From Pseudobdellovibrio sp. (GTDB taxonomy: Bacteria > Bdellovibrionota > Bdellovibrionia > Bdellovibrionales > Bdellovibrionaceae), in the NCBI GenBank assembly GCA_031970595.1, contig DALYIB010000001.1, positions 1 through 58,138 of the forward strand: a stretch of 58,138 nt of DNA, read 5' to 3'. Below are positions 10,085 through 19,186 of the stretch, piece after piece; the first letter of the stretch is position 1; the number at the start of each line of letters is the position of its first letter. The position numbers and the translations under genes were made by a program. The notes beneath the pieces were generated by a model. That model did no database searches. It was given only the letters and a program-made list of their open reading frames with translations, and was not told where the DNA came from.

Positions 10085-11001
10085 GCCTTTTTGATTATAA
10101 TTCGCCGCTCATTCATATCAAAGAATTAAAAAAACCCGTTTCTTTTCAAATAGGAAATGAGTTTAAAACTATTTTCAAATTTAATTCAAAATACTATATG
10201 GCTGAAGATCGTTGTCAACATCGCGGTATGAAGTTATGCCATAGTAAAACCTATGATAACAACTCCATGACCTGTCCTTATCATGGTAAATCTAATTCTG
10301 TAAAACAAGAATTATATGTTTTCGGAAATTACCTTTGGACAACTGACCCACGAAATTTTTTCAGCGAAGTGCCAGATCATTTTATTTTTTCTGGATCGCT
10401 GGATGTCTTACTGGACGCCCCTTTTCATGTCGTGGTCGATAATTTTAACGAAGGCTCGCATACCCCTTATGTGCATCGATTCTTAGGGCCAGAATCAAGT
10501 GATTTGTCCGAAGTTTCATTTTCTTGGGAACGACTAGAAGATTTTATCCATATCAAGTATAAGACAAATCAGAAAAAGAATTTTATATTCTATGGTTTTA
10601 AAAAGAATAGAACTATTGACTGGGTCATTGACTGGAAAACTTATGTCAAGCCCATGCATATGCGTTACTACTCAGAGTGGATTGATCGAAAAACACAAGA
10701 AAAAGTCATTGAAAAAAATATGACCTTTTTTTTCTTAACTCCTGTCGGACAAAACAAAACGAGAATTCATGCTTTTGTTTATATTCAGCCGATGACTTGG
10801 ATGAAATACTTTCCGTATCTAGTCAAAAAAGCCTCTTTGTTTATGACAAAAAATCAAATTCTAGAAGATCAATGGTTTTATCCAAAGATAGCAGACTTGC
10901 CTAAGAGTTTGGATCAATTAAAACTGGATCAGTACGACCAACCATTGACTGCAATCAGAGAAAGAGCCGAAGCTTTTTATTCAGGTTTTATTGCTAAATA
11001 G
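10081..11001 (+). CDS. Rieske non-heme iron oxygenase (VanA-like)
   Basis: Rieske motif CQHRG...CPYHG; mononuclear Fe motif DNFNEGSHTPYVH; distal acidic residue in LEDQ. Confidence 0.85.
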   Translation: MSLFDYNSPLIHIKELKKPVSFQIGNEFKTIFKFNSKYYMAEDRCQHRGMKLCHSKTYDNNSMTCPYHGKSNSVKQELYVFGNYLWTTDPRNFFSEVPDHFIFSGSLDVLLDAPFHVVVDNFNEGSHTPYVHRFLGPESSDLSEVSFSWERLEDFIHIKYKTNQKKNFIFYGFKKNRTIDWVIDWKTYVKPMHMRYYSEWIDRKTQEKVIEKNMTFFFLTPVGQNKTRIHAFVYIQPMTWMKYFPYLVKKASLFMTKNQILEDQWFYPKIADLPKSLDQLKLDQYDQPLTAIRERAEAFYSGFIAK

Positions 11002-12324
11002 CTGATGAAATTTTTCTAAAGCTATTTTGGTCTTCAGATCAAAACTATATTCATTCGGTAATTGCAAAGCCTGCGATAATAAAACGTGCATCTGAGTTCC
11101 ATTTGTCATACCCGTTTTTGTTCGAAACGCCAGCGGCTGTGTTAGTAAATTAAATCGAACTGCCAGACTTCGAAGGATGTATTTTTCAGTGCCTGCAGCT
11201 TGCTGCTGCAGCATTAATGGAATTTTCAGTGCGGCCTGAATCACTTCTGGATGCCAATACAAATGAAACATTCTTTTTCGTTCTTTCCAGTAATAAAATG
11301 GTGACATCTCTTTAGACCAAAAAGTGCGATTCAAAAGACTTTGTGTATCTTTGACACCTGTAACATACAAATATTCTTTATGTCCTAACATTCCGCCAAA
11401 TAGCAAATCAGCCCCATAACCCGAAATGAAATTTGCTTTATGATTTGGTACATTTTGAATCAGTGAAATCATCTGTAAAATGATTTCTGCTGTTAATCCG
11501 TCATAAATTTCGTTACAGAACACAGCTTCAGAAAAATATTGAATAATATTTTGTTGATTGAAAATTATCGTCTCGGACTCGCGCTTTAAAAAGTTGGCTG
11601 TTTCTTTGGATTCGGCCTCTTCACTACCAATCGATGTCTTTAGATTATACGTTATATCTGCTTGCGGACAAAGAGCCGTTGCAACAGAAGAATCAATTCC
11701 ACCGGATAGAAAAGCAGCCGCATGGTCTGTTGGAATAGTACTCGCTGATTTTAACAAAGCAGAATACAGCAAGTCTTGAGCCTCTTCCGTGGTCATATCC
11801 GTTTTTTCATGATCCTGATCCCAAGGCATTTGATGAGTCTGACAAGATATTTCGAAATTAAGAACCGATATAACTAAGCGACTACCCGGAGAGACTCTGG
11901 ATATGTTTTTGAAATCGAATTCAATTCGATGATGCGCTTTTACTTCAAGATAATCGGTATCTTCTTTTGTATCGAATTTAAAATCTTTTATTGAGCTGAA
12001 TGATTTCTGTTCGGATGTAACTGCTATGAATTTTTCATTTTCAACATACCACAAAGGAACTTGTCCCATCGGATCCGTCTCGAATACTGTCTGATGATCG
12101 ACCAAATCAATATTCAACCAAGCGGCTTGAGGTTCGCTTTTATGATTTTTGGGTGTTTTTAGTTTTTGGTTTTTAAACTCTGACAAATCATTGAAATAAA
12201 GAGCGTGTTGCTTGTTTGAATAAATTTCGACATCGACATCATAAGGACAAATTAAATGGCTCAATGCTTTTGTATCTACAATGACTTTATTTGTTGTCTT
12301 ATTTAAAATATATAAAAAACTCAT
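10981..12324 (-). CDS. CarA/ThnM-like beta-lactam (carbapenam) synthetase, asparagine synthetase superfamily
   Basis: PP-loop LSGGIDSS. NEIYDGLTAEI, SGYGADLLFGG, RTFWSKE and RTKTG closely parallel remembered CarA motifs (NEIFDGLSAEI, TGYGSDLLFGG, RTRWTGE, RKKIG). The residue after Met is Ser rather than the Cys of AsnB. Confidence 0.82.
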   Translation of the reverse strand: MSFLYILNKTTNKVIVDTKALSHLICPYDVDVEIYSNKQHALYFNDLSEFKNQKLKTPKNHKSEPQAAWLNIDLVDHQTVFETDPMGQVPLWYVENEKFIAVTSEQKSFSSIKDFKFDTKEDTDYLEVKAHHRIEFDFKNISRVSPGSRLVISVLNFEISCQTHQMPWDQDHEKTDMTTEEAQDLLYSALLKSASTIPTDHAAAFLSGGIDSSVATALCPQADITYNLKTSIGSEEAESKETANFLKRESETIIFNQQNIIQYFSEAVFCNEIYDGLTAEIILQMISLIQNVPNHKANFISGYGADLLFGGMLGHKEYLYVTGVKDTQSLLNRTFWSKEMSPFYYWKERKRMFHLYWHPEVIQAALKIPLMLQQQAAGTEKYILRSLAVRFNLLTQPLAFRTKTGMTNGTQMHVLLSQALQLPNEYSFDLKTKIALEKFHQLFSNKT

Positions 12325-13685
12325 AGCTTCGATTTAATCACTTTTCCGAGAGGGCTTTTGGGGAAAGAGGCATGCCATTTTATTTTTTTAGGGATCTTGA
12401 ATTGTTCCATGTGATTTGTTAAGTATTCAAATATTTTCTTTTCAGTCATTTCTGTATCCAGATGGCTCTGCACTAAATGCAGAACAGGAACCTGACCTCG
12501 CTCTGGATCAGGTTCACTTGTAACACAATAATCAGCTAATCCCCCCATAGATGCCAGTTGATCCTCTATTTCTTTCGGATAAACTTTTTTCCCCATGACG
12601 TTAATAAAATCATTTTTACGGCCTACTATATATAGGAATTCTTGGCTGACATTGATTAAATCTTCGGTCATCAAGTAACCGTCAACCGTCATCCTTTGTT
12701 CAGTTTCCTCTTTTTTACGATAGTAACCGCTAAATAATGCCTTTGAACGAACCCACAGTTCAGAATCTGCCGAGAGTTTCCAGTCAATTCCCGGTATCGG
12801 TTCACCTATCGAATCATATTTATCAGAATCAGCTTTGAGATTAACACAAATGACTCCAATTTCAGCCAAGCCATAACCTTGATTTAATTTTAGATTGAAG
12901 TTTTTGTTAAATTGTTTAGCTGTTTCCAAAGACAATGCCGCACTTCCACAAAATGGATATCTTAAGGTCGATAAGTTCCATTTTTTTTGTTGATAACTTT
13001 GTGAATAAATTTGATTAAAGTAATTGTACATTTGTGGAATCGAGCTAAAAAATGTAATTCCATATTTCTCTATCCAATCCAGTATTCGATTCGGAAAAGA
13101 AGTTTGTGGGTCTGTAATATAAAGGGTTCCTCCGGAAAACAAAGAGGGCAGTGCCAAACAATCAATACCATGAGAGTGGCTAAGTGGGACTGAGCAAAGT
13201 GTTTTATCTGTTTCATTGAGGGCTAGATGACGAAAATTTGAAATAGCGCGATAAATGATCGCTTTATTACTAATTAAAATAATTTTCGGCTCACCTGTAG
13301 ATCCAGAGCTTAACTGGACAGTGTTCGCATCGAGAATATCTGAATTGGTCAAATCTGTCGTAGAAATTTGACTGAGATTTCCGCCTTCTGTTTGATTCAC
13401 AATCAAATTCGGCGCAATTATTTTATGTAATGTCTGTATTTCAGATAATGTCATTTGAGGATCAATTGGAACAACACAACAATTTTTTTCCCAAAAAGAT
13501 ATAAATAAAATCAATGTTTGAATCGTATTTTTACAATCTATCCAAACAACGGATCGCTCAGATATGTTTTCATAGTATTGAATCGTACTTTGAATTTTTT
13601 CGTGTAACTGACTGAAAGTTATGTGTTCTGTCAGTGTTGATATTGCTATTTTTGAATTATTTGGAATGTGCTGTATAAAACTCAT
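12321..13685 (-). CDS. AMP-dependent acyl-CoA/acyl-ACP ligase (ANL superfamily)
   Basis: SSGSTGEPK, YGLAE, GRKND and PKSPLGK motifs. ATGA overlap with the upstream gene and a 4-nt overlap with the downstream gene. Confidence 0.9.
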   Translation of the reverse strand: MSFIQHIPNNSKIAISTLTEHITFSQLHEKIQSTIQYYENISERSVVWIDCKNTIQTLILFISFWEKNCCVVPIDPQMTLSEIQTLHKIIAPNLIVNQTEGGNLSQISTTDLTNSDILDANTVQLSSGSTGEPKIILISNKAIIYRAISNFRHLALNETDKTLCSVPLSHSHGIDCLALPSLFSGGTLYITDPQTSFPNRILDWIEKYGITFFSSIPQMYNYFNQIYSQSYQQKKWNLSTLRYPFCGSAALSLETAKQFNKNFNLKLNQGYGLAEIGVICVNLKADSDKYDSIGEPIPGIDWKLSADSELWVRSKALFSGYYRKKEETEQRMTVDGYLMTEDLINVSQEFLYIVGRKNDFINVMGKKVYPKEIEDQLASMGGLADYCVTSEPDPERGQVPVLHLVQSHLDTEMTEKKIFEYLTNHMEQFKIPKKIKWHASFPKSPLGKVIKSKL

Positions 13686-14848
13686 TTATTTCTTTCAATA
13701 AATTGCTGCGGAATTGAAATTAATTTATCAGATCGAGCTACATATGTGCGACCGGATTTAAAGTCAGATTTTTGAATCATGTTTTGATTAAGAATTGTTG
13801 TTGAGTGGGCAATCCGTTGGCCAGAATGGAATAATAGTCCTGCACCAATAAAACAATTTTCGGCAACCATACTGCCCAGGAAAATTTGATCAGACTCAGT
13901 TTTATTACCATGGGATTGATCTAATTGTATGAATGATCGATTCGCATTTAAATCTGCAAATCCAACTGCCCCGCCCAGAAACGTTCCTGATCCAATGACT
14001 GTATGAAATAAAATACTTGTTGTTATGCAGGTCTGTTCACCCAGATAACTATTTAGAATATCACATGGCAAAATATAAGATCCTGCGCCGATAGTCGACA
14101 TTTTGATCGACGAATGCTCGCGCACAGTCGTATCCGACCCTATTGTGCTGGCTCGAATAAAGCAATAGGGCCCAATTTCTACATTATCTCCCAAGCAAGA
14201 GCCCTCGATGATCGCTGTGGGATGAATACGACAATTTTTTCCAATTTTGTTTGAAAATTTTCTGAAAAACGAATTTTCTGAAAGTCGCAGTATAAACTGA
14301 TCTGAAAAAAATGGTTTTAGCTTTTTGGCATTGATTCCCGAAAGTTCTCGCGCACACAAGCTTTGTGCTTTTAATAAATCTGGCCAATCAGATATTTTTT
14401 GATAGAAAAATTCAGGAGCTGCCGCAACAAATCGATCTGTACCATATATTTTTTCGGGTAAGTTCAGATCTATCACTATAATTGGTTTATTTTCTAGGAC
14501 TGGTCCAAAAGATTTAAATGGTAAGTTTTCCCATATTTCTTGTCCCCATTTGCAAAAACTGGAATTCCAGGCCTGATTGATCTGAGTTCTTTCGGTGATT
14601 GAATACTTTAAATTATTTTTAAGAATATACTTAACCAACGTATCAGAATAAACAGTATCGTCAAAAAAGATTATTTTACCTTCTAAGTCGAGATTTTGAT
14701 CAGACGATATTTTTTGATAATTGATGTTGGATTGCGTGAGTTGCCTAGCTATTCTTTGTGAAATAGACTCATCGCCCAAAGCTAATTGACAAACTCGAGA
14801 CTCAAATCCATCAATTCGTGAATTTGTATTCACAATATAAACATTCAT
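13682..14848 (-). CDS. Hexapeptide-repeat (left-handed beta-helix) protein, putative acyltransferase
   Basis: IGKNCRIHPTAII, LGDNVEIGPYCFI, IGSDTTV, IGAGSYI and VAENCFIGAG repeats. Start placed at the ATGA overlap with the ACP stop (14848). Confidence 0.75.
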   Translation of the reverse strand: MNVYIVNTNSRIDGFESRVCQLALGDESISQRIARQLTQSNINYQKISSDQNLDLEGKIIFFDDTVYSDTLVKYILKNNLKYSITERTQINQAWNSSFCKWGQEIWENLPFKSFGPVLENKPIIVIDLNLPEKIYGTDRFVAAAPEFFYQKISDWPDLLKAQSLCARELSGINAKKLKPFFSDQFILRLSENSFFRKFSNKIGKNCRIHPTAIIEGSCLGDNVEIGPYCFIRASTIGSDTTVREHSSIKMSTIGAGSYILPCDILNSYLGEQTCITTSILFHTVIGSGTFLGGAVGFADLNANRSFIQLDQSHGNKTESDQIFLGSMVAENCFIGAGLLFHSGQRIAHSTTILNQNMIQKSDFKSGRTYVARSDKLISIPQQFIERNK

Positions 14849-15072
14849 TCCAGACATAATAATAAATCTTTAACTGTGCTAACAGAGAAACCTTGATCTA
14901 CTTTTTCACCAAGATCTACGCCAAATTTTTCATGAATTTCAATAGAAAGCTGAACTAAATTCACCGAATCGATTTTCAAATCCTGCTTTAAGCTCATCTG
15001 TTCGTTAATTTCGATATTCTTTTTAATAACTTTACAAATGATGTCGGATAGAATTTTTTTATGATCCGACAT
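14845..15072 (-). CDS. Acyl carrier protein
   Basis: 75 aa; DLKIDSVNLVQL phosphopantetheine motif, EKFGV and TVKDL. Confidence 0.88.
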   Translation of the reverse strand: MSDHKKILSDIICKVIKKNIEINEQMSLKQDLKIDSVNLVQLSIEIHEKFGVDLGEKVDQGFSVSTVKDLLLCLE

Positions 15073-15073
15073 T

Positions 15074-15850
15074 TTACTTACCTAAAATTTTATTGAAGTG
15101 TTTTTGAGCTGTTTGTGCTTGCATCGTAGCAATATGCGCCTCGCCTGCTTCGTAGCGAACATCTTCAAGTGCTTGATAGAGCTTTTGATTATATATTTTT
15201 TTTGTTGTTCTGAAGGGTACGAGTGGATAAGAATTTAAATTTTTAATGAACTCTTCGCCTTCAGTTAAAAGTAACTCTGGTTTGCAGATCTTATTGAAAT
15301 ATTTTTTTTCTAGTGCCACTTCTGCGGACATCATGGAACAACCCACTACGTCTTCTAACATTTGACCGTGTCCAAAATAGTTTTCAAGAATGGTCGCCCC
15401 CAGCGGACAAGCGACTCCATTTTTAAGTTCTGGCATGGAAACTTGTGCTCTATCAGTTGCAATTCTGTAATCTGTCATCAAAGCGACTTGTAAACCTTGG
15501 CCGATGGCATAATGATCAATCAGAGAAATCACCGGCTTACTGATTTTTAAAATCGCTTGATACAAATCGATAATTTCGTACAAGTATAATCGAGTTTCTT
15601 CTTTTTCTTTAAGGCGAGAAACGTCATTAAAATCACCGCCTGCACAGAACGAGCGACCGAGCCCCCCCGTCAGTACCAAAGATTTAATAGATTCATCTGT
15701 TTCGATTTGCTGAGCTAATTGAATGATCGCTACCGTGAGCTTGCGCGAAAAAGGATTAGTTTCTTTTTCATGATCAAACTGAATCCAAAGATTTCCATCT
15801 TGATTTTTAGTTAAATATAGCCCCGGATAACTTTCGTAGTTTAAGCCCAT
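15074..15850 (-). CDS. CarB/ThnE-like carboxymethylproline synthase (crotonase superfamily)
   Basis: DH...NPFSR, RSFCAGGDFNDV, IDLYQAIL, MPELK.G..C and AH....Q..AQKHF..ILGK parallel remembered Pectobacterium CarB with a constant +10 offset (G72, Q121, E141, H239). Confidence 0.87.
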   Translation of the reverse strand: MGLNYESYPGLYLTKNQDGNLWIQFDHEKETNPFSRKLTVAIIQLAQQIETDESIKSLVLTGGLGRSFCAGGDFNDVSRLKEKEETRLYLYEIIDLYQAILKISKPVISLIDHYAIGQGLQVALMTDYRIATDRAQVSMPELKNGVACPLGATILENYFGHGQMLEDVVGCSMMSAEVALEKKYFNKICKPELLLTEGEEFIKNLNSYPLVPFRTTKKIYNQKLYQALEDVRYEAGEAHIATMQAQTAQKHFNKILGK

Positions 15851-15894
15851 ATACTAATTTGAACTTGTCGCGCGAAACAGAACAAGAAAAAACT

Positions 15895-16485
15895 CTATTT
15901 TTTGATTCCAAAAACGGTGTAACGACTATATACGTCACAATTAATCTCTAACATCGACGTAATATCGATATCAACTAATGAAGTTTTAAAATCCTCTAAA
16001 CTTTCCTTTTTATTAATGTGCTCTAAGTGCTCAAAATTAGTTGATTGAAGTAAAACTCTACAGCCCTTTGGAATTTGTTTGAGCCATAAAGCGCTCATAT
16101 GTTCACAACTTGTATTTACAACTAAATCAGTATCTGGTGGTATTTTAAAATCTATTATATCAGAGTTCTCACCTTTCCATGACCAGTCACGATTCAAATA
16201 ATTACTAAAATCTGACCACAATTGCGACTTTTCAACACCCATAGCAGTTTGTACTATACCTTCATTATGCATCATGAGAGCCAGCAGACTATGCCAATGC
16301 GCTACGAAAACAGCCTTTTCGGATCGAATTTTTTGGTTTTTACAAAAGTTAACTATGCCCACTTTCGACTTCATTTGACCAGTACTCAAACTGTCTCGAA
16401 TAGTTGTGAAAGCCAGTTCTTGAGTCAGTGGATATCTATAAAATTGATCCACGTAAAATGAAATTGCAGCTAAAGTTGGACTCAC
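15895..16485 (-). CDS. Putative class I SAM-dependent methyltransferase-like protein
   Basis: Beta-strand, acidic residue (MGVEK), then DLVVNTSCEHM and LLQSTN motifs. The Gly-rich motif I is degenerate (VFVAHWHS). GTG start with GAGG RBS. Confidence 0.55.
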   Translation of the reverse strand: MSPTLAAISFYVDQFYRYPLTQELAFTTIRDSLSTGQMKSKVGIVNFCKNQKIRSEKAVFVAHWHSLLALMMHNEGIVQTAMGVEKSQLWSDFSNYLNRDWSWKGENSDIIDFKIPPDTDLVVNTSCEHMSALWLKQIPKGCRVLLQSTNFEHLEHINKKESLEDFKTSLVDIDITSMLEINCDVYSRYTVFGIKK

Positions 16486-16495
16486 GTTAAAAACC

Positions 16496-17878
16496 TCATA
16501 TGTAATTAATTAAATCTTTAAAAGTTTTATATAAACTAGTTCCCCTACGACGATCATATTCTTGAAAGTAGTTTTTAAAGTCAGTCTTTAGCTGGTTTTT
16601 TTGCGAGGAAGGACTTCCGTGTTTAAACCATTGCTTGACGTTTTCAAACTGGGCTATCTCTTGACGATTAAATCCGATCACATATTTTTCTGAATCAAAC
16701 TGATTTTTTTTGAAAAAATCAGAAATTTCATCAAAAAATTTGATCGCTTCTTCATTCAAGACATGTACAGATAAATGGTCTGGAAAGCGTAAATAGTTTG
16801 TTGATATGCCCAAACGCTGAAACTTATTGAAATCGCTCGCATATTGATTGCGGATTTCTAAAATAGTTTTCAATAAGTCTTTGAATGAAAAAACACTCAA
16901 CGCACAAAATGTTGCCATAATGCTAATTCTTATCTCGGGTATTTCTCTTAATATTTTTTGAATATTTGAAATAAATTTTTGATAGTTCATACCATGTCGA
17001 ATATACTCGGCCTGTTCGCCTGTCGCTTCGATACTAGTAAATAAAGTACAGCGCTTAATAGACTTTGTTTCTATAAGTCTCTTTAGTTTTAAAATCAATT
17101 GATCAATAAGTATATCGCTCACCCCTAAGTTACTATTCAAAGAAAGCGTCAGATCCGGCAGCGGATTTTTTTCAATATCGTCTAAGATCATCCAAGTATG
17201 CTTGGATAGCAGTGGCTCGCCTCCGGTGATTCTAAACACCTTTAAACTCTTACTTAAATCTGGCCACCATTTATTAAATGCTTCAATATATGGATTTTCT
17301 TCCTCCGAATATATTTGAGATGGCATTTTATGAAGCGTCTTAACTGGATAGTGACCCATTTTTTGAATCTCGTCGTGCCAAAGATTTGAATGAATCGGAG
17401 AGCAATAGCTACATTTAAAATTACAATTATTTGAAAATGATACTTCTAAATATTTGGGAGCAATCTTTTCTCCCAATCCAGAAAGATAAATTTCATTGGC
17501 AGATGGATAGGCCCAATCACCGGATGATTGAATAATTCGGTCGCTCCAATTATCAGAGTTGAGATCTTCAATATTCCAACAATAGGCGCACTCTGGCGGT
17601 CTTTTCCCATCCAACATCTGCTGTCGTTGCTCTAATTTAATTGGAGTATTGTGTAACGATGAAGGATTCGACGATAGGTTGTCCTTCGGTATTTGGTGCA
17701 TCGGTAAATTATAACAAGAGTGCGTAGTGCCTAGTTGAAAATGAATTGTTGAGTGCGCCCACTTTGCCAAACAGTAAGAAGGACTAACTTTTTGCAGTTC
17801 TGCTCGGGCACGATCTGGATTTTGATTCCAGTTAAAGCTCACATCTAATAAAATTTTATTGTCTTTTTGTGAACTCAA
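16496..17878 (-). CDS. Radical SAM protein with N-terminal twitch domain
   Basis: CLAKW...HSC...RQQMLDG..ECAYCW, CNFKCSYC, GGEP and AEYIR motifs. TTG start with GGAG RBS. Confidence 0.9.
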   Translation of the reverse strand: MSSQKDNKILLDVSFNWNQNPDRARAELQKVSPSYCLAKWAHSTIHFQLGTTHSCYNLPMHQIPKDNLSSNPSSLHNTPIKLEQRQQMLDGKRPPECAYCWNIEDLNSDNWSDRIIQSSGDWAYPSANEIYLSGLGEKIAPKYLEVSFSNNCNFKCSYCSPIHSNLWHDEIQKMGHYPVKTLHKMPSQIYSEEENPYIEAFNKWWPDLSKSLKVFRITGGEPLLSKHTWMILDDIEKNPLPDLTLSLNSNLGVSDILIDQLILKLKRLIETKSIKRCTLFTSIEATGEQAEYIRHGMNYQKFISNIQKILREIPEIRISIMATFCALSVFSFKDLLKTILEIRNQYASDFNKFQRLGISTNYLRFPDHLSVHVLNEEAIKFFDEISDFFKKNQFDSEKYVIGFNRQEIAQFENVKQWFKHGSPSSQKNQLKTDFKNYFQEYDRRRGTSLYKTFKDLINYI

Positions 17879-18013
17879 AAAGTCTCCATACTATAAGCAA
17901 AAAACTGATTATTTACATGACATTAGATCAGATTTCATATTCAATGATTGCAACTAAAATACCTCGTGTAAACAGAGCGGACAACAAAGCAAACGCAGCG
18001 CGACAAGGTGACT

Positions 18014-19186
18014 ATGAATCAAACTCATTTTTGCAATATGCCATTCAATTCTTTGGAAATCAGCCCAGATGGTACTTGCCAAGTTTGTTGTAAAATTAAA
18101 AAGCCAATCCTGAATGAAAATGGACGAGCATTTAATCTGGTACACGATTCGCTAGAAAGTATTTGGAATTCAAGTGATCTAAAAAATCTTCGCCAACGAT
18201 TTCTGAATGGCGAAAAGCCGGCCGAATGTGAACTTTGTTGGATCGAAGAACAATCTGGCAATATCAGCTTACGCCAACATTCCTATCAAATACCTTATCA
18301 AAACAGCGAAACGGCTGTTGAATATTTGGTTTTAAAACTCAGCAATCTGTGTAATTTGAAATGTCGAATTTGCAGCCCAGATTTGTCGACCCAATGGCTA
18401 TCCGAAGCTATTAAAAACAACTGGTTTAACGAAGAACAAATTCAGAAACTAAATTTGAATCGAGCCAAAAAACTATCTGTTAATAATTTAGATACTATCA
18501 AAAAGTGGATCCCGCATCTAAAGCGGCTATTGGCCTATGGTGGAGAACCGTTTTTGAGCGACGAACTTTTACAAGTCCTCAATTTATGCATCGAGCTCGG
18601 AGCAGCGAAAAATATTTCATTTACCGCAAATACCAACGGAACGATATACAGTGATAAATTAATTTCAACTCTACAAAACTTCAAACATGTATATCTGCTT
18701 TTTTCGATTGACGACATAGAAGAGCGATTTGAGTTTCAAAGAAAGAATGCAAAGTGGACAGAAGTAGAAGATAATTTAAATAGATTTCATAGTCTTAATG
18801 ATCCATTTACTGTTGGACTCTTTCCCACCTTCAGTATTTTAAATATATTCAATTTAAAAAACTACTTAGATTGGACGCTTAAGTTTCCTAAATTTACAGT
18901 GATGATTGAAAACACTATCCATTTACCCTCACAGCTTTCGCTACGAAACGCTCCAGAGAACATGAAAAACGAGATAGTTCGATATTTGGACACAATTCAA
19001 ATTGAAAAATATAATGTGCAGAACAAACAAGCCATTCAAGTTTTAAAAAACTTTGTAAATCTTGAGCCAAGCACACAGCCTAGCGCCGACAAAAGCCAAT
19101 CCATCGTTCGTTTTTTAAGCGAAATTGATCAAATTAGAAATGAGGATTTTCGAAAGGCTTTGCCGGAACTGGCCTATTTAAAATAA
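18014..19186 (+). CDS. Radical SAM protein with N-terminal twitch domain
   Basis: CNMPF...VCC...ECELCW, CNLKCRIC and GGEP motifs. Start placed at ATG 18014 after AAGGTG. Confidence 0.9.
   Translation: MNQTHFCNMPFNSLEISPDGTCQVCCKIKKPILNENGRAFNLVHDSLESIWNSSDLKNLRQRFLNGEKPAECELCWIEEQSGNISLRQHSYQIPYQNSETAVEYLVLKLSNLCNLKCRICSPDLSTQWLSEAIKNNWFNEEQIQKLNLNRAKKLSVNNLDTIKKWIPHLKRLLAYGGEPFLSDELLQVLNLCIELGAAKNISFTANTNGTIYSDKLISTLQNFKHVYLLFSIDDIEERFEFQRKNAKWTEVEDNLNRFHSLNDPFTVGLFPTFSILNIFNLKNYLDWTLKFPKFTVMIENTIHLPSQLSLRNAPENMKNEIVRYLDTIQIEKYNVQNKQAIQVLKNFVNLEPSTQPSADKSQSIVRFLSEIDQIRNEDFRKALPELAYLK

Noticed and set aside
10981..12324. Calling this gene asparagine synthetase AsnB
   Set aside because: It lacks the N-terminal Cys and has a shortened Ntn domain. 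GYG replaces GEG, and the motifs and context match beta-lactam synthetases.
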